This document shows positions 1 through 11,673 of a stretch of DNA of 64,000 bases, one piece after another. Where the stretch lies: positions 15,231,261-15,295,260 of the forward strand of contig NC_068981.1 in the NCBI RefSeq assembly GCF_001194135.2. The letters run 5' to 3'. The notes beneath the pieces are model-generated. The model had not been told where the DNA came from. It searched no databases and worked only from the letters and a program-made list of their open reading frames with translations. Numbering within the stretch: position 1 is the stretch's first letter; each line of letters begins with the position of its first letter. The stretch comes from Octopus bimaculoides. Its lineage: Eukaryota. Both the position numbers and the translations under genes were made by a program.

Positions 1-199
1 ATTGTTGTATTTGGGAATTGTTGTATTTGGGAATAGTCATGCTGCCAGTTTAGCCAATAAAACACACGCACTATATATTTGGTGTTAATTTGCTTCAGCT
101 ATCTTCAGTGAGATATGCAGGGATATTGCATTGGAATCTTAAATGTGTACCACTGTGCCTAAATGATAGATCTACAGATGCAATATCCCTTCATATCTC

Positions 200-390
200 A
201 CATCTATTTTCATTCCTCTACTTCACTCTCTATTTCGTATCTTATCTAAATTAACTATTGCTTAACCATTTTCTCCCACCGTCCCCGATGAAGGGATGTA
301 AAAATTACCCTGGAAACAGCTATAAGACTTTCTGTTTATAAATGTTCTAAAGTCTTCACCGCCTTGGTTTTTTATCTCATATATATGTCT
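200..390 (+). mobile_element. Probable Penelope-derived non-autonomous repeat carrying a hammerhead-like motif, ending at a short (TA)n
   Basis: Contains ccgatga-agggN12ccct-ggaaac; the 3' part (cttcaccgcc...ttttt...ctc then atatatat) resembles the tail of the element at 7909-8110. Confidence 0.4.
281..328 (+). ncRNA. Degenerate minimal type I hammerhead ribozyme-like motif
   Basis: gtcc CCGATGA AGGG atgtaaaaatta CCCT G GAAAC agct ATA agac: stem II AGGG/CCCT, palindromic loop AGCT, stem I gtc/gac; U4->C and G16.2->A deviate from the canonical core, and there is an extra G before GAAA. Confidence 0.35.
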
Positions 391-449
391 GTTTGTGTGT
401 GTGTGTGGGGGGTGTTCAAGAATAACCGATAATTAAGAATTGTCCGAGA

Positions 450-1020
450 GTCTTTCAGAATAACAATAACAGCAATAATAATAATCATTGATGCTATAAC
501 AGGCAGTGGAACTCGTGGCATCTGATTTTAGCTGGTAGGAAGTGATGTCATTTACATGTTTGTCTTGCTGTGAAAGATGTGCTACAGTAAATATTCTGCT
601 CGGTACTATAGATTTACCTCTCAGTTGCTTCAAATTAACCATTTGAACATACTCCTTAGAGGCTTACGATATGTGCATCACTGATCACAGATATGAGTAG
701 TGGAGGATCCTTAGAGACAAATGTTATGATGGATTCTTTGGGGCTTGAATAATTCACATCTGGGAACATTGGTGTGTTGTTCATCATCCTTAAATCACGT
801 GTATTCAAGGACATTTTGGACTTCATCTGAAGAAAATTGTATCTGGGCCTCATCTACTAGGTCACGTGCTCTATATCTTGATATGACAGCACATGTCATA
901 TCAAGCGTCATGTAACGTACTTGTGATGTATTTGCATTGTGCATCATTATCAGACGGGTGGTCATGTTTGGTATACTGGGCTTTGTATATTTGTACTCCA
1001 ATGGCACTTTGCTGACACGC
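450..1020 (-). mobile_element. 3' part of an interspersed (probably non-LTR retrotransposon) repeat, copy 1, with degraded (ATT)n tail
   Basis: The reverse complement aligns with 57760-58200 (e.g. gatcag..atgcacatatc, aagcaactga...aaatct.t.gta..gagcagaatattt.ctgtagc); both copies end in an ATT-type tail. Confidence 0.65.
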
Positions 1021-1454
1021 ACTCCTCTCTTACATAATAATAATAGTTTTCATCATGATAATATTTAAAAGCAACATGTTCAGCATTCTCACATTCCTGT
1101 GTGCTACAATCGTTGTTCAGTGAAATCAGCGTTTCTTTCGGCGCCCGACTTAACTTTTGATATATACGGATAATTGTGTTATTGTTTACTATATATCAAA
1201 CATTCAGTTTTTTGGCTACGTGATATTGAAATTTAATAATGTAATTATCGCTTAAAATGTTTTATAAAAGAGGTATTATTTTCAATAGCCATCATTGAAT
1301 TTATTTAATCGGGAAAAAATCTTGTAAAAAATCCTTCACAGAGAAAATGTTTTGCTTATACAGCTGGTGTTTAAAAAAATGGTGTATATAATTTGCAATT
1401 CGTTGAGTAAATGTTGACATAAAAAAATAACATACTTATATGCATTTGTGAAGA

Positions 1455-1590
1455 CGCGCAGCTTACTAGTTAGGGTGCTGCAATCACAATCGTGGTTTCG
1501 ATTCCCAGTCAGAGTGGTGGGTTGTGTTCTGTAACAAAACGCTTGAATTCATGTTACTCAAGTCCACTCAGCTATGAATGCGTAACCCCA
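1455..1590 (+). mobile_element. Degraded tRNA-derived SINE (family C)
   Basis: tagttagggtg...gtggtttcgattccc (B-box-like GTTTCGATTCC) followed by ttgtgttc...aaaac.ct...tccactcagct; similar to 4647-4850. Confidence 0.45.
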
Positions 1591-1884
1591 CAACGGACAG
1601 GTGCAAGGTTCAAAAGAACTGATTTGAACTCGACGGCTTATAACCTCTGGAACCAGGAAACCATCATCACAGGTCGCAGGAATCGAGACAGCATTTACGC
1701 TTTAAGAATGGAGCTGAGCGTTTATACAATAAATAAATGTCAAAGCGTAGATACAATAAGACGTAGTTTTTCATTTGATATTCATGAACATAGGTAAGAG
1801 GAGAAATATGACTCATCATAGAATATTTAAGTAAATGCTATTGGAGGCATTGATTACTCACCACTTTTATTAACGATTAGTTTG

Positions 1885-2100
1885 TAGATGTTTGATAACT
1901 TGCAAGAAGTGCCAAATGGCAGAAGGAAAAGAGCTGCATTATCTATTGCATATAAAAAATCCACTTGTCTTCTTAACATAAACAGCAAAATATTAAATGT
2001 TTTCACATTCATTTCTACAGTGGAAAGTTCAATTGCAGCTCTACCAACTGAAACTGCATTGCATTTTGTTTTTCGTCATTACTTTATTCATCAGTAATAT
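1885..2100 (+). pseudogene. Possible Penelope-like GIY-YIG endonuclease remnant
   Basis: One frame reads CLITCKKCQM..G (cf. YLITCxxCxxQYIG) and a downstream frame reads TALHF (cf. VAxHF); frames are broken. Confidence 0.3.
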
Positions 2101-2429
2101 ATTATGTTCATATGGTAATGAAATATTCATTAAAAAAATGCGGTGTTTTTACAACACTGTAAAATTACTCCTTCTAAGAAGAATAAATATTTACAAATGC
2201 TTTCCCTAGAATATCTCCTACATATATTTAATGTAGGCGTGTGAAATCTGGTAACATCATTGTTCTTGTGTAAACAATATTATTCGTATCTTAATGCATG
2301 TTATATTTATAAATGTCGTTATATACATATAGGTACAGCGGCTTCTCGGTTTTTCTTTGTGTCTTTGAGCAAGGTAATTTGTATCATGTTGTTCCAGTAT
2401 TGCTTATATTAGTGTATGGGTAGTGCCTG

Positions 2430-2501
2430 TATTTAAAAGAGCCCGCTTTTCCGCATTCTGCGTCACGTTGAATCTCCTTGGAAACTGAGTTAAAGGTAAG
2501 C
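2430..2501 (+). promoter_or_regulatory. Candidate TATA-like box plus short first exon ending in a strong donor
   Basis: TATTTAAAAG at 2430, CG-richer segment, then TTAAAG|GTAAGC (donor GT at 2496). No linked downstream exon established. Confidence 0.2.
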
Positions 2502-3241
2502 GTGTCTGTGGAGTGCTCAGCTACTTTCACTTTAATTTCACAAGTGGCTTGTTCCATCGATCATATCAACTGGAAACCTCGGCGTCGTAGCCGATTGAGT
2601 ATCAGTATTTTATGTGCATGCAAGACAGATAATAAAAATACGGCTATGAACGCTCATTTTTAAAACGTTCGGCTAATTTGAACATGAACATCGCTGTTCA
2701 TTTTTTGCATTTTGGTGCGAACAATGACTTCTCCATATAAGCAATGCGTATAAATACCACGCATGCTCCATGTAAGGTCAGTGGACTATCATTCAGTGGT
2801 GCATAATCAATAGTTACATAAGTCTTTACATTAAAGCATTCGCAATGAATATACGATAAATATACCATGATATATTAAACGTGATATGTGTTTGTGATGT
2901 ATTAAGATACAGACAAGGCACTGTCAACTTTATTGATCCGTCGAGAAAAGTTGTTTATGTAGATTTGTTCCAAATATTCTACCATTTTAACAGAACATGT
3001 ATACAATAAGAAACATAGAGAGCATTAGGAAAACGGAAAGTAAAAGGCAAAGGTTGCAACATATTAAACTAATATAAGAGGATATATTGAAAGCATGTCA
3101 TTTATTTCAATTATTGCGGTATTACGTCATGGAGACGAGCGGCAACACACACTTACACGTATACATATCTTTATATATGAACAAACATACAGACAACAAA
3201 CACACATGCACATATGTATATATATATATATATATATATAT

Positions 3242-3764
3242 NNNNNNNNNNNNNNNNNNNNNNNNNNNNNNNNNNNNNNNNNNNNNNNNNNNNNNNNNNN
3301 NNNNNNNNNNNNNNNNNNNNNNNNNNNNNNNNNNNNNNNNNNNNNNNNNNNNNNNNNNNNNNNNNNNNNNNNNNNNNNNNNNNNNNNNNNNNNNNNNNNN
3401 NNNNNNNNNNNNNNNNNNNNNNNNNNNNNNNNNNNNNNNNNNNNNNNNNNNNNNNNNNNNNNNNNNNNNNNNNNNNNNNNNNNNNNNNNNNNNNNNNNNN
3501 NNNNNNNNNNNNNNNNNNNNNNNNNNNNNNNNNNNNNNNNNNNNNNNNNNNNNNNNNNNNNNNNNNNNNNNNNNNNNNNNNNNNNNNNNNNNNNNNNNNN
3601 NNNNNNNNNNNNNNNNNNNNNNNNNNNNNNNNNNNNNNNNNNNNNNNNNNNNNNNNNNNNNNNNNNNNNNNNNNNNNNNNNNNNNNNNNNNNNNNNNNNN
3701 NNNNNNNNNNNNNNNNNNNNNNNNNNNNNNNNNNNNNNNNNNNNNNNNNNNNNNNNNNNNNNNN
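3242..3764. other. Assembly gap (first of 13: also 5969-5978, 7534-7717, 8351-8731, 10270-10820, 11674-11917, 13337-13874, 14598-14647, 16452-16607, 24473-24581, 36378-36759, 46720-47022, 48586-48936)
   Basis: Runs of N; most abut (TA)n, (TAA)n or (GT)n microsatellites. Confidence 0.99.
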
Positions 3765-3795
<31 letters not shown>

Positions 3796-4646
3796 ATGCA
3801 TGAGTACATATATTTATATATGTATTAGCGTTTGTCATTGTGCGTACATGTAATACATATAATGCATACTGTATATCAGACACACGCACATATGCATACA
3901 CTGGCATACACATATATACGTGTGTGTGTGTGTGTGTAAGATCTAGTTTGCTATAAGCAGATAGCACCATAACACGAGATTTTAATGACTGCATGCGGAA
4001 CAGGTCAGGGTCTTCCCTTGAACTTCAACTACACAATCCAAGAGAACAGTACATTTTGAAATTGTGTAAGGATAATAAGCATCTTGTGTCAAGAACTGGT
4101 GCACATTGATGTCTCCCTGGGCATGTATTATTCACATATAACGAAGGTGCAGACCGTTATCCTGAGATCTGTTAGTTGATCTGAATTATAAAATTATATT
4201 TTGGAGACTCTAGGTTTAGTTTTGTTGTTCTTGGTGTGAATGCTTACACGCTGCTATGTTATTAAATCTTAATCATGCTGTATGATGAGTTCTATTGACC
4301 AAGTCCTTGTAATCCAGCACGTTTACAGGTACTGATATCTTTATAGTTGTGTTCGCGCTGAATGTTCGAGGCATCACATGAGTTTCTCAACAGCATATTA
4401 ATCCTCAAGCATCAGCGCATAACATTAGTAGTTTTAAACACGAGTATCTCTGCTGGTAGACTATAACCACCTCGTTGACTTGCATATAAATAGACTTTTA
4501 TAAGTAGATTGGGAAAGAAAATGATCTAGAAAGTGGAAGAGCGGATGTATGATGAGACAAAACATGGGTAGAAGATTGCAACTTAAGGGATGTGATGGAA
4601 GGTAAATGGGAGTGATGGAACGTGGTGGAGTTTTTCAAGAAAGCTA

Positions 4647-4850
4647 CATGGCTTAGTTGTTAGGGTCTTGCCCTAATGATGACGAGATCGTATTGTCAAT
4701 CTCTGGGTTGGTTTGTGTGTTGTGTTTTGAGGAAAACACTTCATCTCACGTCGCTCTGTGATCACTTAGATACCTGATATGTGGTACACAATGTACTTCT
4801 TGAGGCAACATCGATTTGATGGGGGAAGTGATCTAATGTACTATACAAGC
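4647..4850 (+). mobile_element. Degraded SINE (family C)
   Basis: catggcttagttgttagggt (A-box-like) ... gttgtgttttgaggaaaacacttcatctcacgt; homologous to 1455-1590. Confidence 0.4.
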
Positions 4851-5671
4851 ATTTGATAAATATAAGCAAATCATTTGTACAGGTTTTTCAGCAAGAAATT
4901 TCAGAACTATCTCTGACTACGAGAGTCTACCATCATTATATTTCCTCTGTGTGGAACGGTTAACTGATCCTTCAATAGCTTTAATATAGCCTGTGATAAT
5001 AATGTGGTCTTAACGTTTGTATCTTAAAGTTCTTTGTATGCAGACACGAATGTTCAGTTGTTTTTTTTTATCTAACGTAAGTTAGCCCGCATCAATACTC
5101 TGAGTTTTTAATTCCCAACACTACTTAAATTGACAGGTGCACCCCCTCTGTTTCCTTACAGCTATTTTAAAAAGGATGTAGGACTGTGCGTCTACCGATC
5201 ATTCTGATACTCGTTGAAATTTGAGAATCTATTAGAGTTGGGTATATCCCCATGCTTGAAACTCTATCGGCTCTTGGTTCATTTATGTACAAATGCGCGA
5301 GTAATTCTGAGTCAGACCTGTATCTGTAAGTTAAGTTTAGCTAATATGTTTTTGTATCTTAGGCATTGGTTCATCTGAATGAATATAATTATCTCCCTAT
5401 TTTCCTGTTTTATTCAAAAAAATTAGTTTTGTTTCCATGAGATTATTTACATCTATGCCATATGAATATAATGATAATACCGGATCTATACTGAATAATA
5501 CGAAGTATATAGTCTGTCTGACATCTTTACATCACATTTTTTGGTTGCATGTGTTTTAAACAAAATCAATAACTCGCAGAACTGGCAGTGGAACACTTGT
5601 CAAAACCTTTAGTTTCAAATGGTTTTCATTTTGGCTTTGAAAGATTTAGTCCCTTGAGTTACATCAAACGC

Positions 5672-5830
5672 TAGTATTTTCGTTCACTTGTTTCAGTCAT
5701 TCGACTGCGTACATGAAATGATGCTGGTTTGTAATGGTGTAGTCAAACGAATAGATCCTAGTACTTAGATTTTTCAAGCTTGGAATGTATTCTATGGTCT
5801 CGCCACCAAAACGCTAAGTTAAGTACGGAC
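5672..5830 (-). mobile_element. SINE family A, degraded 3' half
   Basis: cacttgtttcagtcattcgactgcg ... cgctaagtta matches the reverse complement of the 26716-27074 copy. Confidence 0.6.
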
Positions 5831-5940
5831 AACGATACATATTTTTTTGTGGTGATTGGTGACAATTATAAGCGCAAACTCACACACATATCTATCGAGC
5901 TATCAATATTCATGTGTGCGTGTGTATACCTATGATGATG

Positions 5941-6048
5941 ATAATAAAATAATAATAATAATAATAATNNNNNNNNNNAGTGAAAGCACGTTATAAAAAT
6001 AAAACTACTGAATAATAATAATAATAATAATAACAATAATAATAATAC
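5941..6048 (+). mobile_element. 3' tip of R4/Dong-type LINE embedded in (TAA)n
   Basis: agtgaaagcacgttataaaaataaaactactgaataataat matches the reverse complement of 34861-34910; (TAA)n on both sides, with a 10-N gap. Confidence 0.6.
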
Positions 6049-6379
6049 AGCAGGAACAAGAGATAATAATGAAGAGAAAACTCATATAGTTGCGTACACA
6101 CAAATACACACTATTAAATACAAAAGCACATAACTTACTAACAATCTGATGCAAAATATAGTTGGCACAATTAATGTGTTATACATTACTGAGCAAAGAA
6201 ATTATGTTTTACATTTCGAAAAACTAACACGGAGCACAAACGAAGTACATACTTAGGAGAGGTCATCGATAAGATCAAAGGTACAAAAGTTCTATTACAA
6301 TACAAGCAATTAATTAATTCCTTGATAATTAATTAATTTGCAAAGTATTTAATTGAACATAAAATAGTAGTTTAGTTAG

Positions 6380-6790
6380 AGTGTATTTGTGTTTATCCAA
6401 ATTGCAAACCAAATTGCACAAAATATGCTGTAGGTTTAATCTTATGTGATTAGACATTTGTTTCTTGTTCCGGTTATCCATTAATGGCGCAACTTTTGTT
6501 TCTCTGTTTCCAAAATGTTTGTTGCCTCGTGCTGTGAAATCGGAACGGATTATGCATGCAGTATTAAGTTTGTATCTAATGGTCTTCGCAAAATATATTT
6601 CTCTGGTAGTGTTGCTACAAAGGTAGTGTTGATTATCATTTAAAGAATTTTGCAATTCTTTAGATACAGCGTTCCGTATTTGATATCCTCACAATATCCC
6701 CATAACGAAGTGCTATTTGTTTGGGTACACTTCGGAAGTATAATTGTGGTATTGCAAACATAGCTTTAAAACATTACAATTATGCATACC
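6380..6790 (-). pseudogene. Possible highly decayed Penelope-like GIY-YIG remnant
   Basis: Broken minus frames give CNTTIILPKCT...G and STLPL*QHY (cf. CxTxNxIY..C..C and PVAQHF); weak. Confidence 0.25.
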
Positions 6791-7140
6791 CTTGAGTAGT
6801 ATTTGACATGAAAAGCACGTTAGTACACAATATTTTCCTCTAAACATTTAGTGAAAATCTGTTAGACTGAAGGAAATTACAATTATTGATTGATAGATTA
6901 ATGTTTATTTATGATATACACATTAGAGATGTTAGATGAAGCTATCAGTTGTGTAAACTTGGTGTAGTAAAATTAGGAGTGACATGTACAACGATAATAC
7001 GCCATTGCATGATAACTATGCCCGATAACATTCTTGGATAGAATTAGCAGCTGGCCGTGATTGCTAATCTCCATTTCTGACTAAATGATGTCACTGTATT
7101 TGGGGGATAAGTCCTACAAAATACACCTCTCAGATGTTAC

Positions 7141-7243
7141 CTGTTGTTCAACTCTAAATCCTCGGATAATTCACGTTGCCAATTATACAACAGTAACTCC
7201 CGCAGGAAAACTACACTTCCAGTCTCACAGTATTGGGCGGTTT
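7141..7243 (-). CDS. Candidate isolated internal exon (103 nt, phase 1->2), product unknown
   Basis: ttttgtcattgtcactgtag| ... AACAACAG|gtaaca; single open frame (E)TAQYCETGSVVFLRELLLYNWQRELSEDLELNN; no partner exon found. Confidence 0.25.
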
Positions 7244-7500
7244 CTACAGTGACAATGACAAAAGTGGTAGAGGTGACATGTGAAGTGGTCAACCGCTCGG
7301 TGTTCAATATTAATTCAATTTTTGTGGGATTAATCCATATGCGAGTATTCTATTTTAGATAATACAAAAATAACCTGATGAATATATTTGTATTTGAATT
7401 TCTTTTATTATATATCACATCTAGACTCAGACATTGTTATTCTGATGTTTAATCTTATATCTCACATTCTGCATTTGACATAAACTTGATTTTACATGAT

Positions 7501-7533
<33 letters not shown>

Positions 7534-7908
7534 NNNNNNNNNNNNNNNNNNNNNNNNNNNNNNNNNNNNNNNNNNNNNNNNNNNNNNNNNNNNNNNNNNN
7601 NNNNNNNNNNNNNNNNNNNNNNNNNNNNNNNNNNNNNNNNNNNNNNNNNNNNNNNNNNNNNNNNNNNNNNNNNNNNNNNNNNNNNNNNNNNNNNNNNNNN
7701 NNNNNNNNNNNNNNNNNTATAATGTATGATTTTTTAATTTTAATTCTTAATATTAGAAGGTATAATTGTTATTCTTAATTTTTTATCTTTAATGCTATAG
7801 TGTATTACTTATTTCTAAAGGGATGTAAAATTAGATATATAATATTTTGAAACACAACCTGAAGATCTGTTGGAAGATTTGTAAATCTGACGATTGCATA
7901 TATATATA

Positions 7909-8109
7909 GGGAGAATTTACAAAAAAAACAAAAAACAAACGAAGACAGGCGGTGAAGAAAACAAATAGCTGTATTAGTATAACGCTCGGGAATTGAAAGT
8001 CTTTAACGTTTCGAGCTTACGCCCTTCCAGAGAAAGGACACAGAAAGAAACAAGGAGAGAAACAAGGAGAGAAAAAAAATGTGTGTAGTGGTTAGCGATC
8101 TATCATACC
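7909..8109 (-). mobile_element. ~200-bp non-autonomous element with hammerhead-like fold, flanked by (TA)n; copy 1
   Basis: Homologous to 48962-49165 in the opposite orientation; minus strand 8039-7999 reads gtc-cttt ctctgga a gggc gtaa gctc gaaac gtt aaag ac. Confidence 0.65.
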
Positions 8110-8731
8110 TATATATATAGGTATACAGTTGTGGATATGTATATATATTTTAATCTTCCAATACTGAAACGCGTCTAGTACCTTCATATTTAATAAATAT
8201 AAGTATTAACTAAAGTAGGATATAATTAATGAAATATATTATATACCCTGCTGGTAATTTTGGTTATATCTTTTAAGTATTATTTCGTGATGTGCATACT
8301 AATACCATGAGCTTACTGTCAGATATACTCAGTTTATTTTTGTATTATCTNNNNNNNNNNNNNNNNNNNNNNNNNNNNNNNNNNNNNNNNNNNNNNNNNN
8401 NNNNNNNNNNNNNNNNNNNNNNNNNNNNNNNNNNNNNNNNNNNNNNNNNNNNNNNNNNNNNNNNNNNNNNNNNNNNNNNNNNNNNNNNNNNNNNNNNNNN
8501 NNNNNNNNNNNNNNNNNNNNNNNNNNNNNNNNNNNNNNNNNNNNNNNNNNNNNNNNNNNNNNNNNNNNNNNNNNNNNNNNNNNNNNNNNNNNNNNNNNNN
8601 NNNNNNNNNNNNNNNNNNNNNNNNNNNNNNNNNNNNNNNNNNNNNNNNNNNNNNNNNNNNNNNNNNNNNNNNNNNNNNNNNNNNNNNNNNNNNNNNNNNN
8701 NNNNNNNNNNNNNNNNNNNNNNNNNNNNNNN

Positions 8732-8841
8732 ACTAGTTATGCACTAGAATCGATGTAATCGACTTAATCCCTTTGTCTGTCCTTGTTTGTCCCCTCTGTG
8801 TTTATCCCCTTGTGGACAATATGAAATAAAATAAGATAGAC

Positions 8842-8888
<47 letters not shown>

Positions 8889-8907
8889 CAGATAGATAGA
8901 CAGATAT

Positions 8908-8938
<31 letters not shown>

Positions 8939-8940
8939 TG
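8732..8940 (+). mobile_element. SINE family B 3' end (tail type 2) with (GATA)n tail
   Basis: tcgatgtaatcgacttaatccctttgtctgtccttgtttgtcccctctgtg...gaaataaaataagatagacagatag matches the reverse complement of 27885-27990. Confidence 0.65.
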
Positions 8941-9344
8941 TCTTTACCTATGCATATATATGCGTGTGTGTGTGGGTATGTGTGTGTGTATGTATGCGTG
9001 TGTGTGTGTGTGTGTGTTTGTATACATGTATGCATGTATATAAGTATCTAGGTAAAATGCCAGGTTGGTATGTATTTAAGTACATACATAAGTTGATAGA
9101 ATTAATTCAAAGTAAGTGAATAAAGGTTATGTTTCATGTTTATAACTAATATTCATCGCGCAAACACTGGGAAAGTATGCAAACGATTCAAGATTATAAA
9201 TTGTTTTTATAATTACACGTGGTAATATATTTCATTTCATCTTTGTGTACAACAATTATATATCTGAACACTATATAAATGTTTATATTAGGGGAATATT
9301 AGATGAGTTAATATAAAATACTTTTCAATATTGCTCATTACAAT

Positions 9345-9505
9345 AAGGTGCAGTGGTTGCAGAATCGTTAGCAGGGTTGGAAAAACGCTAAATAACATTT
9401 CGTCCGTTTTTGCGATCTGAGTTCAAATTCCGCCAAGGTCGACTTAGCCCTTTATCTTTTCGAAATCTATAAAATTAGTACCGGTTGAGCACCGGTGTCT
9501 ATAGA
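9345..9505 (+). mobile_element. SINE family B, degraded 5' part and core
   Basis: gcagaatcgttagc ... ctgagttcaaattccgccaaggtcgact (B box GAGTTCAAATTCC) ... tagtaccggttgagcac. Confidence 0.65.
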
Positions 9506-9635
9506 AGTAGTTTAAAACGTATAAGCAATCACCGTGCATTGACTAAGGTAAATAGTATAATATTGGGGCATTTAAGTTAACAGACTATTTACCAAGGCCA
9601 CTGCTCAGCAATCACTTATAAACTTTAAGCTTAAA

Positions 9636-9668
<33 letters not shown>

Positions 9669-9679
9669 CGTGTGCGTGC

Positions 9680-9870
9680 GTCTTTGTGTCAGTGTTTCTC
9701 TCCCACCACCGTTTGACAACGTGTGTTAGACTGTTTACGTTCTCGTAAACTACGGTTCAGCAAACACAGTTGACAGAATAATTAACAGGCTTAACGAGTA
9801 CCTGGGTTGATTCTTCAAGTCAGGGAACCAGTGTGGCCGCATTCTATTGGCTGGAGGAAGAAAAAGAAAT
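9680..9870 (+). mobile_element. SINE family A, degraded 3' half
   Basis: ccaccgtttgacaac...tgtttacgttctcgtaa...acggttcagcaaa...aggctta...gtggccgca after a (GT)n/(GTGC)n tract. Confidence 0.55.
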
Positions 9871-11392
9871 GAAATATATATAGAGAGAGATTCCAGAAGT
9901 TGAGATTGAGCTGTTTAATAGTCTATACTATGAACACTAGAGTGTCAGAGGCCTTATAAAACACAAACACACACACACACACACACACAAACGTATGTGA
10001 CAATATTTATTTTGTTTCACATATAGCGTTCGATGCAATGATTAATTCGCAACTTGGAATCTCGCCCCCTCTCTCTCACTCTCGGTATATCCATATATAT
10101 ATATATGAACAGACACAAACTTCCTGTTGGGAAAAAAAGAGTTCATAACTCTAACTAAAAACACGTGTCTCCCCTTACACACACTTCTTGTTTTGACACC
10201 ACATTTCCTACTTAACACAAACTTTTAACCCTTTTTTTAAACCTAACAAACTCTCAACTCTCATGCATCNNNNNNNNNNNNNNNNNNNNNNNNNNNNNNN
10301 NNNNNNNNNNNNNNNNNNNNNNNNNNNNNNNNNNNNNNNNNNNNNNNNNNNNNNNNNNNNNNNNNNNNNNNNNNNNNNNNNNNNNNNNNNNNNNNNNNNN
10401 NNNNNNNNNNNNNNNNNNNNNNNNNNNNNNNNNNNNNNNNNNNNNNNNNNNNNNNNNNNNNNNNNNNNNNNNNNNNNNNNNNNNNNNNNNNNNNNNNNNN
10501 NNNNNNNNNNNNNNNNNNNNNNNNNNNNNNNNNNNNNNNNNNNNNNNNNNNNNNNNNNNNNNNNNNNNNNNNNNNNNNNNNNNNNNNNNNNNNNNNNNNN
10601 NNNNNNNNNNNNNNNNNNNNNNNNNNNNNNNNNNNNNNNNNNNNNNNNNNNNNNNNNNNNNNNNNNNNNNNNNNNNNNNNNNNNNNNNNNNNNNNNNNNN
10701 NNNNNNNNNNNNNNNNNNNNNNNNNNNNNNNNNNNNNNNNNNNNNNNNNNNNNNNNNNNNNNNNNNNNNNNNNNNNNNNNNNNNNNNNNNNNNNNNNNNN
10801 NNNNNNNNNNNNNNNNNNNNTGTATCGTTGACGCTCCAATCACAATAATTTTAATATGAACAATCATATACGCACTTAATTAATTGAACTGTCTTTATGT
10901 TACTAACTAAAAGCTTTATTGTTCACACAAATTACAGTTCGAAATTATTCGGTAACGAAAAAGGACACTCCACCTATTCTAATTAGCAGGAATTCCCAAA
11001 TAAGCAAAAAAGCGTTAAAGTTAGCGACACAAGTATCTAAGAAATATAGACTTTTATTGCATTTGAATGAGAGCGAAATATAGAATCCCTTGCGTAGGTG
11101 TTTAATTTTGGTAAAATCTTGCAATTAAATGAAAGTAGTTTAATTAGCGAATGGCGCATTATATGAAATGAGTTACTGCTGAAGGAAATGTAGCACCATA
11201 ACGCTACATATTTGCTGCGTTGCGACGTGTTTCATTATAGATTCTTGCTTTTCTGCAGACAATATGTCGAACAGTTTAAGGGAAAATAAATCACGGGAAT
11301 GAGGTTCAATAATTTAAGAAATGCACTAGAAGATTAACTGAAATACATTTGCTTACAATGAGAAGTAAAATTTCACGTGTCGGCTAATCAAG

Positions 11393-11439
<47 letters not shown>

Positions 11440-11636
11440 TTTCTCTGGACGTTTTTATAAATATGCCGAATTACATATATAGATAGAGACGGTTTCTTTT
11501 TTAGGATATGGCTATTTCTCAGAACAAAGCTATTGACGCTTCACACAAACACACACACACACACACACACGCATTATGAGATAGACCATTCTCCTACACA
11601 CAGTCTCATACACATCCACAACTTCATACGCATATT

Positions 11637-11673
<37 letters not shown>

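Noticed and set aside
1492-1797. 101-aa ORF ending near a strong donor (CATAG|gtaaga)
   Set aside because: The 5' half lies in a SINE remnant, there is no good acceptor and no recognisable motif.
11257-11305. Strong acceptor ttcttgcttttctgcag
   Set aside because: All three frames stop before a credible donor.
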